DNA of 64,000 nt from Nemertoderma westbladi (GCA_032718475.1 JAUCBJ010001416.1:1-64000), one strand, 5' to 3'. Counted from the first letter of the stretch, positions 33,368 through 46,680 are shown. Translations and numbers: made by a program. The notes: generated by a model not told the origin, from the letters alone.

Positions 33368-36300
33368 CGGAACTATAAGTACAAAATGTTGCCACGGGTG
33401 GAACTATAAGAGCAAAATGTAGCCACGGGTGGAACTATAAGAGCAAAATGTAGCCACGGGCGGACTTATAAGAACAAAATGTAGCTACGGCCGGAACTAT
33501 GTGAACAAAATGTAGCTACGGCCGGAACTATGTGAACAAAATGTAGCCACGGGTGGAACTATAAGAACAAAATGTTACCACGGAGAACAAAATGTAGCCA
33601 CGGGCGGAATTATAAGAACAAAATGTAGCCACGGGCGGAACTATGTGAACAAAATGTAGCCACGGGTGGAACTATAAGAACAAAATGTTGCCACGGGTGG
33701 AACCATAAGAACAAAATTTTGCCACGGGTGGAACTATAAGAACAAAATGTAACCGCGGGAGGAACTATAAGAACACAATGTAGCTAAGTGGCGGAACTAT
33801 AAGTACAAAATGTAGCCACGGACGGGCCGAACTATAAGAACAAAATTTAGCCACGGACGGGGGAACTATAAGAACAAAATTTAGCCACGGGCTGAACTAT
33901 AAGAAAAAAATGTAGCCACGAGTGGAACTATAAGAACAAAATGTTGCCACGGGAGGAACTATAAGAACAAAATGTTGCCACGGGCGGAACTATAAGAACT
34001 TAATGTAGCCACGAGTGGAACTATAAGAACAAAATGTTGCCACGGGCGGAACTATAAGAACAAAATGTAGCCACGGGCGGAACTATAAGAACAAAATGTA
34101 GCCACGGGCGGAACAATAAGAACAAAATGTAGCCACGGGAGGAACTATTAGAACAAAATGTTGCCACGGGCGGAACTATAAGAACTTAATGTAGCCACGA
34201 GTGGAACTATAAGAACAAAATGTAGCCACGGGCGGAACAATAAGAACAAAATGTAGCCACGGGAGGAACTATTAGAACAAAATGTTGCCACGGGCGGAAC
34301 TATAAGAACTTAATGTAGCCACGAGTGGAACTATAAGAACAAAATGTAACCGCGGGAGGAACTATAAGAACAAAATGTAGACCATGGGTGGAACTAAAGT
34401 ACAAAATGTAGCCACGGGCGGAACTATAAGAACAAAATGTAGCCACGGACCGAACTATAAGAACAAAATGTAGCCATGGACGGGCGAACTATAAGAACAA
34501 AATTTAGCCATGGGCTGAACTATAAGAAAAAAATGTAGCCACGAGTGGAACTATAAGAACAAAATGTTGCCACGGGAGGAACTATAAGGACAAAATGTTG
34601 CCACGGGCTGAACTATAAGAACTTAATGTAGCCACGAGTGGAACTATAAGAACAAAATGTTGCCACGTGCGGAACTATAAGAACAAAATGTAGCCACGGG
34701 CGGAACTATAAGAACAAAATGTAGCCACGGGCGGAACAATAAGAACAAAATGTAGCCGCGGGTGGAACTATAAGAACAAAATGTAGTTACGGGCGGAACT
34801 ATAAGAACAAAATGTTGACCACGAGTGGAACTATAAGAACAAAATGTAGCCACGGGCGTAACTATAAGAATAAAATGTAGCCACGGACAGGTGGAACTAT
34901 AAGAACAAAATTTAGCCACGGGCTGAACTATAATAACAAAATGTAGACCATGGGTGGAACTATAAGTACAAAATGTAGCCAAGGGCGAAACTACAAGAAT
35001 AAAATGTAGCCACGGACCGAACTATAAGAACAAAGGGGATCCCGGTTTATCCGGTTTTGTTTATGTACGCGTCCCCGCCGTGTGAGTGAAAAGGAGTTCG
35101 TTGTTCTTCCAATGTTATTGATAATATAAAGTGTATGTATAATATAGATATGATGGCAGATAGCACAGTTGAGATAACTACCGGTATGTGTGATAACTGA
35201 ATGATATGTGATGAGTGACGGCGGTGATGGTCTTAAACGTCACCGTACTGCCGTGACTGTACTGAGATAACTGATTACAATAACGTGATACCTAATAATA
35301 TATATTGCACGGTTTGGCCGTTGTTACAGTACCTAGCCGGTGCCTTCCCCCATTGGCTAATAACCTTGTTGGCGCCCTTTGGAGTGTTTCCCCTCACTCC
35401 TGCTATTCTCTCTCTGTCAGGGGAGTAACCCCTGACCCCTATTGTGCGTTTCTCCTTCCCACTTTGTTGGGTGATACGAGGTTGGGTAATCAACCTCGTG
35501 TTCCCAATATTGCTTAACGGCTTAACGGCTCATTTTGTGGGGTGTTAGCGGAATTGGATAAGCTAACAATGTAGCCATGGACGGGGGAACTATAAGAAAA
35601 AAATGTAGCCACGAGTGGAACTATAAGAACAAAATGTTGCCACGGGAGGAACTATAAGAACAAAATGTTGCCACGGGCGAAACTATAAGAACTTAATGTA
35701 GCCACAAGTGGAACTATAAGAACAAAATGTTGCCACGGGTGGAACTATTGGAACAAAATGTAGACACGGGCGGTACTATAAGAACACAATGTAGCTAAGT
35801 GGCGGAACTATAAGTACAAAATGTAGCCACGGACGGGCCGAACTATAAGAACAAAATGTAGCCATGGACGGGGGAACTATAAGAACAAAATTTAGCCACG
35901 GGCTGAACTATAAGAAAAAAATGTAGCCACGAGTGGAACTATAAGAACAAAATGTTGCCACGGGCGGAACTATAAGAACAAAATGTAGCCACGGGCGGAA
36001 CTATAAGAACAAAATGTAGCCACGGGCGGAACAATAAGAACAAAATGTAGCCGCGGGTGGAACTATAAGAACAAAATGTAGTTACGGGCGGAACTATAAG
36101 AACAAAATGTTGCCACGAGTGGAACAATAAGAACAAAATGTAGCCGCGGGTGGAACTATAAGAACAAAATGTAGTTACGGGCGGAACTATAAGAACAAAA
36201 TGTTGCCCACGAGTGGAACTATAAGAACAAAATGTTGCCCACGAGTGGAACTATAAGAACAAAATTTAGCCACGGGCTGAACTATAAGAACAAAATGTAG

Positions 36301-37795
36301 CCACGAGCGGAACTTTAAGAAGAAAATGTTGCCACTGGTAGAACTGTAAAAACAAAATGTAGCCATGGGCGGAACTATAATAATAAAATGTAGCCACGGG
36401 TGGAACTATAAGAACAAAATGTAGTTACGGGCGGAACTATAAGAACAAAATGTTGCCCACGAGTGGAACTATAAGAACAAAATGTAGCCACGGGCGGAAC
36501 TATAAGAATAAAATGTAGCCACGGACAGGTGGAACTATAAGAACAAAATTTAGCCACGGGCTGAACTATAAGAACAAAATGTAGCCACGAGCAGAACTTT
36601 AAGAAGAAAATGTTGCCACTGGTAGAACTGTAAAAACAAAATGTAGCCATGGGCGGAACTATAATAATAAAATTTAGCCACGGACGGGGGAACTATAAGA
36701 ACAAAATTTAGCCAGGGGCTGAACTATAAGAACGAAATGATGAAAATGTAACCACAAGCGGAAATTTAAGAACAAAATGTTGCCACGGGCGGAACTATAA
36801 AAACAAAATGTTGCCACGGGTGGAACTATAAGAACAAAATGTTGCCATGGACGGGGGAACTATAAGAACAAAATTTAGCCATGGGCTGAACTATAAGAAC
36901 AAAATGTAGCCACGGGCGGAACTATAAGAACAAAATGTAGCCACGTGCTGAACTATAAGAACAAATTGTAGCCATGTAAGAACAAAATGTAGCCACGTGC
37001 TGAACTATAAGAACAAATTGTAGCCATGTAAGAACAAAATTTAGCCACGGGCTGAACTGTAAGAACAAAATGTAGCCACTGGCGGAACTACAGTATAAGA
37101 ACAAAATGTAGCCACTGGCAGAACTAAAATGTAGCTACGTGTAGAACTATAAGAACAAAATGTAGCCTTGAGTCGAACTTAAAAAAAAATTTAGCCACGG
37201 GCTGAACTATAAGAACAAAATGTAGCCACGGGCGGAACTATAAGAATTTAATGTAACCACGAGTGGAACTATAAGAACAAAATGCTGCCACGGTCGGAAC
37301 TATAAGAACAAAATGTTGCCACGGTTGGAACTATAAGAACAAAATGTAGCCACGTGCGGAACTATAAGAACTTAATGTAGCCACAAGAGGAACTATAAGA
37401 ACAAAATGTAGCCACGGGCGGAACTATAAGAACAAAATGTAGCCACGGACGGAACTATAAGAACAAAATGTAGCCACGGACGGGCGGAACTATAAGAAAA
37501 AATGTAGCCTCGGGCGGAATTATAAGAACAAAATTTAGCCACGGGCTGAACTATAAGAACAAAATGTAGCCACGGGCCGAACTACAGTATAAGAATAAAA
37601 TGTAGCCACTGGCAGAACTAAAATGTAGCTACGGATGGAACTATAAGAACAAAATGTAGCCACGAGTCGAACTTTAAAAAAAAATTTAGCCACGGGCGGA
37701 ACTATAGTATAAGAACAAAATGTAGCCACGGGCGGAACTATAAGAACAAAATGTAGCCACGGGCGGAACCCTTGAGAACAAAATGTAGACCACGG
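33368..37795. repeat. Satellite array, ~31-bp unit GGAACTATAAGAACAAAATGTAGCCACGGGC
   Basis: More than 100 diverged tandem copies with recurring variant blocks. Confidence 0.97.
35035..35568 (-). mobile_element. Solo LTR inserted in the satellite
   Basis: Ends ...CTAACA; shares GAGTTCGTTGTT, GATAGCACAGTTGA and GTGATACGA..CTCGT..CCAATAT blocks with LTR 61150-61760; left TG missing, no clear TSD. Confidence 0.65.
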
Positions 37796-38189
37796 AAAAA
37801 AATGTGGCAGTTGTCAAGAATAGTGACCCTTATTTGGGTCACTTTGCTTTGTTGGTATTGGTGAATGATCTAGAAAATTCGTAGATACCCTTTTTGAAAA
37901 TTAAAAAAAAATAATATAAACTGTAAACTGTTGGTTAACCTGTTTTAGTTTAATCCTGAAATATCAATGTTTTCACATTTTTTTATAATTTCAATAAACA
38001 CTAGCTACCATAAAAAAAACATATCTACAAATTTTCTAGAACATTCACCAATACAAAAAAAGCATTGAAAAACTAAAAAGGAATTTTGAAAAAATGGCAG
38101 GGGGTGTCGACAGGGGGCGAAAGTAGGGAACATTTTGCTTTACTAGTGCCCAAAATGTAGCCACGGGCGGAACTCTTGTAATCTTCGGA

Positions 38190-38298
38190 ATCGGAAGTCT
38201 TGGGATAGGAGTTAGCGCCTACCCTCGTGTAGCAGCTATCGAAAGAGGAGCCTTCGGGTCGCCTCCGGCTTCGGCCGACTGTTTGCTTTCTTGCTAGT
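38190..38298 (+). mobile_element. Probable SINE 3' domain fragment with UUCG hairpins
   Basis: GTAGCAGCTATCGAAAGAGGAGCCTTCGGGTCGCC resembles, from memory, invertebrate SINE 3' regions; not verified. Confidence 0.4.
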
Positions 38299-38631
38299 GA
38301 TTATGATGATATTTTGGTAACAGCACTGGGGGAGGTGGGGGGTAACAGGAATGGGGGGTGTAACAGGAAAACACGAATAATTCCCCACAAAAAATTAAAT
38401 TCGATTCGCCATTGTTCAGTATTAGCACTTTAAAGCTTTTACGGCCCTCGTTTTGTTATTTCCGTCGCTGTCGCTCGGGAAACAAAATCACTCGTGCTGC
38501 GTTCAGGATACGCTATAAAGTGCTAATTTGTGAAGACTGACGTATCCTATATAGTTAATATAAAATCCGAGGTCTGGAAATCAAACCATTTTTTTGTATA
38601 AATGAAGGGAGGGGGCAGGCCAAGTAATACC

Positions 38632-39239
38632 GTTAATTCAAGCTTTAGATCACATTCCCATTGCGTCGTTATTAGATTAATTGTTTCTAACCCGAGCCAG
38701 TAACCTTTTCCTTCCATGTCACCAAAACCTTTTTCATAAGACGCCCAATCTTTATTGAAATCAGTGGAAGATGACTCTTCTCGAAACTGTATTATAAGAT
38801 CACCATCGTCGCAGATCACGTTGTTGTTTAAAAAAGGAACAGGTTTATTAGAAATGGTATTACCGGCACATGGGAATGCTTCTTTGGTAGTTGTGGTGGG
38901 TGGGGGGGTTGTTGTAGTGGTGGGTGGGGGTGTTATAGTGGTGGATGGGGGTGCTGTAGTAACCGACTCTGGCGCCCCAGGTAGCAGCACCCTTAGTAAT
39001 ATGACAGCAAGAGATAAGAGAAAAATTATGACACCTGCGGATATAAGTTTTTTCTTATGATCTTTCAGCAGTTTACACAAGCAGTTTGTTTGTTGTTTGT
39101 CTCTCTGAATGTTCGCCTTTAGGTTTTCCTGTATTTGAGGCGACCGGTTGACTTCACCTAATTCTACTTGATCTACAGGCGTTAAACAGTTACCCAGTGG
39201 GTGAAGACGCTCAGTATCTTTGATCTCTGAAGGTCTCAT
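38632..39239 (-). pseudogene. 5' half of type II membrane FReD gene (cytoplasmic tail, TM helix, Pro/Thr stalk, FReD start)
   Basis: TM LISAGVIIFLLSLAVILLRVLL, PPPTTTT stalk, VICD, DFNKDWASYEKGFG, YWLGLETINLIT. Confidence 0.87.
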
Positions 39240-39402
39240 AACGAACTTTATCTCAACATCTTTGTATTATTCTAAATAGTCCTATGAATTCTCATAATTT
39301 TTTTGTTAGAATGCCAACAGTAAGAATTTATATTCGGCTCCTAAAACTTACATCAGAGTACTCCTGTGTTTCCAAGTGAACACATACTACCGCAACATAT
39401 TT

Positions 39403-39503
39403 ACATAAATAGGCTTACTTATTACCTAATTATAACATAAATAGGTCTACTTATTACCTAATTATAACATAAATAGGTCTACTTATTACCTAATTATTAC
39501 ATA
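39403..39503. repeat. Short tandem repeat (~33 bp x3) upstream of the FReD gene
   Basis: ACATAAATAGGTCTACTTATTACCTAATTATA repeated. Confidence 0.8.
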
Positions 39504-40033
39504 ATCGCATATTCAATCAAATATGTTGTGAATCACATGTTACTTCTAGCAGGATTCCAGAAAGTAAGTTAGTTGTGTAACTAACGTAACTGATAGATAA
39601 CACACAGGTTTCTTGTTTGATAGAATAAATTCGCAATTGTTGTCTCCATGTCTATTCTTTAATAATTGGTATAGACAATTGGGCTTGGGAGGCCATGAGG
39701 GCGGAAATCACGGACATACAAAATTTGAGATAGTATCTCCTACCTACATTTATCTTAGCGGAATGGTTGGAGCGCCAGACCGACCTCCACCCTTGACGTC
39801 ACCAGTTCGATCCCACCTGGACGTCATTGCCAAATTTGTTAAGCTGTGCCCAACCAAAATTATATAATTCACCCAAAATAAATACCACTAATGCTATTCT
39901 GTGAATGATAATCCGCTTTATATAAATATGAAGCGAGTTTAAAAGATGTCGTTCGTGTTGAATACATATTACAATCGAGTTATGTTGGTGGTATATGGGT
40001 CGTAAGCCACGATTCTAAATAAAACAAATTTAT

Positions 40034-40083
40034 TTTATCATATGGCCATTTCGTGTATCAAGACACACGTCTTCAGTGTTACA
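40034..40083 (-). ncRNA. Minimal type I hammerhead ribozyme (Penelope-type), partly degenerate
   Basis: Minus strand TGTAACA-CTGAAGA-C-GTGTGTC-TT-GATACAC-GAAA-TGGCCA-TA-TGATAAA followed by AATAAA. Confidence 0.65.
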
Positions 40084-40403
40084 GGATTATCCTACATGCA
40101 CTTCGACTTCGCTACCCAGAAACCAATATATTACCCTATTAGCCATCAACCGTAAAACGGCAGTAATTATCACCCTCCAATGGTATTGAAATAAGTTGTT
40201 CAGAAATGGAAAAAATGAGAAAGCGCGTCACTGGGGGTTGAACCAGCGCTATACGTCAACAGCTCAACTACAAAATACATAAAATACATAAATACAACAA
40301 ACAATTATACCTGGCATCAACTTATAAATACGCTACTGCGTGTTACACGAGATTGTTGCTAAATAATAATAAACACGGGAAATAAAATTATTACACAATT
40401 ATA

Positions 40404-41657
40404 CTAGAAAGGCATTTCCTAAAGGAAATGCAACCACGAAGCTAAGGAAAATTAGACACTCTTTGACTCATCAGTTCATTGATTTACCGAGTTAAAATAA
40501 CTCCCGGTATTGCCAAGGTAACTGGACTTTTCTAGAAATGCTGAGTTTTACATTAAGATCTAGTTTGTGGTTCCAGGTGACACATCGACTTCAAGGAAGC
40601 TTCATTGAGTAGTTTATGTGCAAAATTAATTATTAATTTGTTAAAAAGTCTGTTTGCAGTGGTTGTCAAGGTAACTGGCAAATAGAACAACGTAGATTGG
40701 ATGCAGAATAAGTGGTATTATGGTGGTAGGGGTTGGTCCCAAGTCATAATGCCTTCAACTTGTGTTTCTAATTATAATTTTTTAAATTATAACATCTGTT
40801 TAGCCTGGTTACCAAGGTAGCTGGATTTTCTAATTAACCACAATTGGCTCCTCTAAGGACCTTCCTTATAGTTGAGTTGGGAAACCCAATATTTATATCT
40901 AATACAGTTTTCCTACAAACAAGAGTTAAAAATATAGACTTGAATGATATTGACTTTAATAAGCTCCAGTTACCATGGTAACTAGATATTTCTGGAATGT
41001 TTTGAGTTTCACTAAAAGTTCCAACTAGTGGTCCAGATAACACATACCCAGTTTTGTAAAATTTTATCGTGAGGTCTATGTCCAAATGAATAATTGTTGT
41101 ATAAAAACATCTGTTTTCAGCGGTTGTCATGGTAACTGCAAAATAGAACAATCAAATTCGGACGCAGAATAAGTTATATAGTGGGGGTAGGGATTGGTCC
41201 CAAGTCATCACACCTTAACCTTAGGCTTCAAATTAACATTTTATAAATTTTAACATCTGTTTAGCCCGGTTGCCAAGGTAACTGGATTTTTTATTTAACC
41301 TCAATCGGTTCTGCTATGGACCTTATAGTTGTGTTGCGAAACCCCAAGTTTATATGTATTATAGTTTTCCTACAAATAGAGTTACAAATATTGACTTGAA
41401 ATACATAGACTTTTTTCTAAGTCCGTTGCCATGGAAACCAGATTTTTCCTGGATATGAGACCCATCCCACACGACGCGCCTTGATGAGTTGTATATACAT
41501 GCAAAATTTCAGGGTACTTTTAAAGGCTAGTTTTTTCACCTATCAAAAAACACTAAATCTGCTCCATACAAGTAAAACAGCCCACTATGAATAGACCATC
41601 TCAGCTAAGGAAAATCTTTCTTAGCGAAAGTAGTTGATTTTCCTTAGCTTCGTGGAC
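40404..41657 (-). mobile_element. Non-autonomous Helitron/Helentron-like element
   Basis: Minus-strand 3' end hairpin GCATTTCCT-TT-AGGAAATGC then CTAG; inverted subterminal CCACGAAGCTAAGGAAAA at both ends; internal ~480-bp duplication. Confidence 0.7.
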
Positions 41658-42649
41658 AGTATGTTTTCCACTGTTTAAAAAATTAAAATAAGTACAATTA
41701 TTATTATTATTGCACTCAAAATACACCTAATGGTGTCTTTACTAGTGACGGGCCTAGTGGCCCGATAAGGAACCAACCTTTTATTTCATAAAAAATGTGA
41801 TTACTAATTTGAGTTCCTGGTTATAAATCTTAGTGTTCTGTACAAATCTTTTACTCGCTTACAAATCTAAACTAAATAGAGTAACATAAACTATTTCCAA
41901 CTTAGAATAATGTGAATACAGACGATCCATAATAAATAGCCCGTTTATAAAGGATTCCTGGAAGGATTGGTTGAATGCAACCGGAACCCAATATTTATTT
42001 GCGTCCACCATAGTTCAAGGAGACATCTAAAAATATACTGTCTAGACATGCCATATACATACATATATGACATTGCTATATAATTACAACATCTGGTGCC
42101 ACAGTTAATCTGATGAGAGAGAATAGAGAGAGAGCTGCTATTGGTGAGCGTCGTCGCTGATCTAATAAGTAATATACTGTAGGCCAACAAAGAAATCTCC
42201 CAATGGGAATTTAATGGAAGTATTCTTACACGACACACTTTACCCTCCGCCATTTACAGAGCCGTCCAGTTCCGAGTAAACATATAAATCATAATTGTTA
42301 TTATTATTAAATCATAGATAAAATACAGATTGAGATTAATGCAACACAAACAGACGAAAAGTGGCCAATACAACCGCTCAGATAATACAGTAGTTACCTG
42401 TACAATCAAAGAGAGAAAGCCGCCCCGCCGCCGCTGCTGTACTGTCACCGAGAGAAATTTGCTCTGCGGTACCGGTGTAGCAAAAAGTCCCCCCCCCCCC
42501 CGTGTTATTGTTATTTGCAATTAAGGTAATATTTCAATACAAACTAAACTTCATGTTGACGCCACCAGCCTCTTTTACTTTGCTGCAATGGGCACAGAGG
42601 CGCCGTACTCTACTCCAGTGTATTCTCCTGCAATAAAGATATAATTTTA

Positions 42650-42780
42650 CTGAAACGCAACTTTTTCGCCGAATCGCATCTTTTTGGCGAAACGCGACTT
42701 TTTTTGACGAAACGTATCTTTTTTGCCGAAACGCAACTTTTTTTGCCGAAACGCGACAGTTGCCGAAACGCGACGAAACC
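42650..42780. repeat. Minisatellite ~20-bp unit GAAACGCRACTTTTTTGCC
   Basis: About six degenerate copies. Confidence 0.75.
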
Positions 42781-42947
42781 ACGGTTACATAGCGCCGTGC
42801 TGCGCGAAATCCCCTTTCAGCGAAAAAATCAGTCAGTATAATTGAATTAAATTTATTGCTCGATAAATTTAATTATATTATATAATTCAAGGTTCTGTAC
42901 TACTCACCTAGCTGAGAAAGATAGGTTAATTAAAAAGTCAATAACAT

Positions 42948-43214
42948 AGTGTCTGCCATAGCCCACTATTGGGAAGCAGTAAATCAATTGAGGGTAATAA
43001 CCGGGATTGAATGTAAGATCTTGCTTCAGCGTAAGGAAGCGCTAAATCTGTTGAGGTCAATGGCTGGGAATAGAATGTAGGATCTTACGCCATCATATTC
43101 CTGCATTCCTATTGGTTAAACTGTGATTTATTCCTGGGTTCCTATTGGTTGGTAATAGTCGTCAATACGCACGCATTCGATGATTGACATCAATAGTGGG
43201 CTATGGCAGACACT
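42948..43214. mobile_element. MITE with 24-bp perfect TIRs
   Basis: AGTGTCTGCCATAGCCCACTATTG / CAATAGTGGGCTATGGCAGACACT. Confidence 0.8.
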
Positions 43215-43495
43215 GCATTAGGGGTAGTCATACCTAAACTACTCATGCCTACAAACCTTAAGTACTACTAACACAGTAGGCCTAAGATGTTTAAAAGTAA
43301 AGTTCAAAACATTAGCTAACAAACAACTATTCCGCTGTCGGTTTTCGTGAACAACAACAGTGACGCAGATGCTAAACCGAAACGGATTTTCCTACCCTCG
43401 CCCCACAAATAAGGCGCTGCAACCGGCTGCTACGCAACCTAAACGTTGTCATATCTCTAACACCCCACAATAACCCAAACCTTGGCAATTACCTA

Positions 43496-43990
43496 TTGAG
43501 AAAAGCCCCACCACCTGGTTTCCCCGGTAATCAACCTTGCGGTAGTGCTGTGGGCCGTTGCCTCACGTGCCCCACAATAGCTGATCACCGAAAGACCCCT
43601 TGGGGGAGCGAATTACAGGGTCCTTCAATGGCAAATCCCATAGCGTCGAATATTTCAGCGCATGCCGACAATGTTCCTTAGCATCATTTTATTACGTCGG
43701 ACAAACCGAATAGTACATACCTAAACATATGAATACACACCGGACCACAATACGAGATGCGCGATCGGGTAAACTTTCACTATTTGAATACCCCGAAAGG
43801 ATCCTATTGGATCACTTCCTTACCTGCGGGATGGAAGAAAACCTTACGGTTACAATAATAAAAACTATTAACAACCACCTAGGCAGACTATGCCGTGAAG
43901 CCGTACACATTAACTTTTACACCCCCCCCCCCCCCCCCCCCCCCTCAATAAGGTTTACCCTGCAATATGACACCCCCACACACATCTGAT
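43496..43990 (+). pseudogene. Penelope-like element GIY-YIG endonuclease remnant
   Basis: PCG..RCLTCP linker, YYVGQT in a shifted frame, MNTHR, RLCREAVHI. Confidence 0.6.
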
Positions 43991-44002
43991 CTGACAGGTG
44001 AG

Positions 44003-44387
44003 GTTCATAATTGTTGTTGACTATGTTCTACGCATGTCCTTAGATCATCATGATGATGATGGGGTAATGGTAACTCCACCTACTGGCTCCAGAAGTCGAG
44101 GAAATCATGCCAATTACCTAACTGATCTAGACTTTGCCGATGACGTAGGAGTACTCTCAGAATCACTAGTGGGAGCCCAACGGCTCCTCAGCTCATTAGA
44201 ACAGGCTGCTTCTAGTGTTGGTATTTTTATTAACTCCAAAAAGACCAAAATTTTGACAGTTAACTTTGAAAGTCCTCAGCAAGTCTCTGATCGGATGAGC
44301 ATAAGCTCAAAGGATGGTATGGTTGCGCATGTGGACGACTTCTGTTACCTGGGATCATGGATCCGGAAGTCAGGTGAGGACCTTCGG
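44003..44387 (+). mobile_element. RTE RT internal fragment (same family as 47925-50132)
   Basis: FIIVVDYVLR...DLDFADD...FCYLGSWI near-identical to the 47970 ORF. Confidence 0.9.
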
Positions 44388-44699
44388 TGCGACAGGTGCG
44401 ACATTTTGTTTCCCGCGTTATACGATTCATAAGGGTTCTAAATTAGAAAAATAAATGTTAATTTTTATGAATTTAGAATGCATTATTTTATTCTAATATT
44501 TGCATAGGCCTGCCTATTATTGCATAAATATTGCATTGCACGAGTTTTCTATTTTTTGTGGAAATCTAAGAAATAGTTTTTACTTTTCAAGTACCACTTC
44601 TTATCTTTCACTATTTTCAGTGTCACGTCTGTGTAAGTTTTAATTATCATAATAATATGTGAATGAATGTCTGTCAATATGTCTAGTAACAAGAAAGCA

Positions 44700-45090
44700 C
44701 AAAACCATGATAAGATATTTGCTGTGGGGGTTTTCCTGGTCGCTGATTTCATTACTGAGGTCAGTTTTCACTTTTAATGAAATCTAGTGTGTATGTATGT
44801 CGGTCTGTCGGTCTTTCAGACTATCCGACTATCTGCCTGTCAAATATAAGAAAAAGGCACACCATTTAGCTAAAAGTTAAGCTATAGGGGTTCCCTGGTC
44901 GCAGAATTCATTTCTAGTGTCAAATTTAACATTTGATGACTTCCAAATTGTCTGTTTGGCTGTCAGACTATCGGTTATATTTTGACAGACAGACTGACAG
45001 GCATACAGACAGAACCGACAAGGCCAAATTTGATTTATGACATCAGAAATGAAGTCACCGACCACGGAAACCCTTACAGGGAATTTTAAG
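44700..45090. mobile_element. DINE-1/HINE-like non-autonomous repeat fragment
   Basis: (GTCT)n-type microsatellite with direct and inverted GGGTT.CC.GGTCG..GA.TTCATT blocks. Confidence 0.4.
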
Positions 45091-45154
45091 ATAGTTAGAT
45101 AGATCGTTAGATAGATAGTTAGAAAGATAGTTAGAAAGATAGTATGCTTTTTAT

Positions 45155-45892
45155 TAATAATAATATATATTTATATAGCGCCTTTCTGAACATATTTCAA
45201 GGCGCTTAAAAAACTAATTGAAACCAACTAAAAAAACTTTAAAAACTGCGTTATAAAAAACTGCGATCTAAAAAACACCAGGCTACGTACAGTGAATTAA
45301 TTACTAAGTAAAAAGTTTGAACAATATTAAACAAAAAATCAGCACTATTCCTCTTTGTACAGGTGAGTTTTGAGTCGCGAATTAAACAGAGTCAACGTCG
45401 TGGCATCTCTAACTTCTTGCGGGAGTGAGTTTCAGATCGTTGGTGCCGCAATTGAGAACGCCCGTCTCCCGTAATTATGCAAGTGAAACTGCGGTAGAAA
45501 TAGAAGTCCCTTACCAGCAGACCGTAATTGTCGTGGAGGTACATAGGGAGATATTAAATGGGTCAAGTAGTCAGGAGCAGCACCATGTAAACACTTGAAT
45601 GTCAACAAAACTATTTTAAATCTGATCCGTAAATTTACTGGTAGCCAATGCAAACGTTTAAGGACTGGAGTGATGTGCTCTCGTTTCTTAACGCCCTCTA
45701 GCAGTCGCGCTGCGGAATTCTGTACATATTGTAATTTTTTGATTGACTTCGAGGGTATTCCATAATATAATGAGTTGTTGCTATCGAGTTTGTTTGTGAC
45801 AAAGGCGTGAATTAAGATTTCAAGGTCATGTCTGCTGAGGTACCGTTTAATTTTAGCCAAACTTCGAAGATGAAGAAATGCATCTCGGACCG
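45155..45892 (-). mobile_element. L2-clade LINE 3' fragment
   Basis: LIHAFVTNKLD..NSL, LQYVQNSAARL, HITPVLKRLHWLPV; tail GGCGCTATATAAAT(ATT)n. Confidence 0.88.
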
Positions 45893-46680
45893 TTATTGAC
45901 GTTATTGACGGACAGACATAGTGACGGACAAAACCAACAGTAAAACGGACAGGCAGCCGTATCTCGAGAAATAAGACAGATCTTGCTAAACGGTTTTCAA
46001 ATTTGGAATCTTAATAAAATTATGCTCTTGATGAAAAAAAAAATTTGCAAAAAACTATTGATTTAGCGCTAAACAAAATTTTTGTTGAAATTCAGGAAAT
46101 TTACAATTAAGGATATACAATATTTGAATTACATCACTGAGTTACCAGATGGACTAAATATGTCAAGTGACCAATCATATGAAAGCTTAATGCTTGATCC
46201 TCATTGGCTGTTTTCCTACTTAGGAGAAATAAGAACAGGAAATGTTAGTGTTGCACCAGTGCAACCCTATGCAGCAAAGGGTTAATATGTACTCCATGAA
46301 CCTATTGTACTGTACTTGTCTCAATGACTGTATTTACAATATGATATTTCTAATTCCAGTGGTGCTGGAATTATTCCACAGTCTCATAGCTACTAACAGT
46401 ACAGAAGGGTTTTTTTTATTAGCTATTAATTGATGGATTTGAAAAAGTGTAAGATTGCATGGTTGATGAAGGTCCGCGATATTTAGTTAGTAAAATAAGT
46501 TGCCGTTGTTTTGCTTAATGTATCCATGTATCTTTATTTATGATACGGCAATAAAATATAAAAAAAAGGTGTTTATATAATTGTGTGAAAAGTAACACTT
46601 TATAGCGTTATGGCCCGAGTGTATTTATTTACAGAGCGAGCGCAGCGAGGGTGGTTTACATAAATAAATAAGGGTCTTTA

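Larger units (their letters stand above)
31080..38631. mobile_element. Composite insertion with GGTATTA...TAATACC ends and 8-bp TSD (Merlin- or Mutator-like)
   Basis: GTTAATTC duplicated at 31072-31079 and 38632-38639; imperfect TIRs; superfamily is tentative. Confidence 0.75.

Noticed and set aside
34644-37729. Minus-strand ORFs in the satellite (MATFCSYSS...)
   Set aside because: Translations of the 31-bp repeat with no coding signal
33368-37795. CRISPR-like array
   Set aside because: Contiguous tandem units with no unique spacers, no cas genes, eukaryotic context
38547-38631. C-terminus of the 230-aa ORF (VLLGLPPPFIY...)
   Set aside because: Read-through into the inserted element; the true continuation is at 31071
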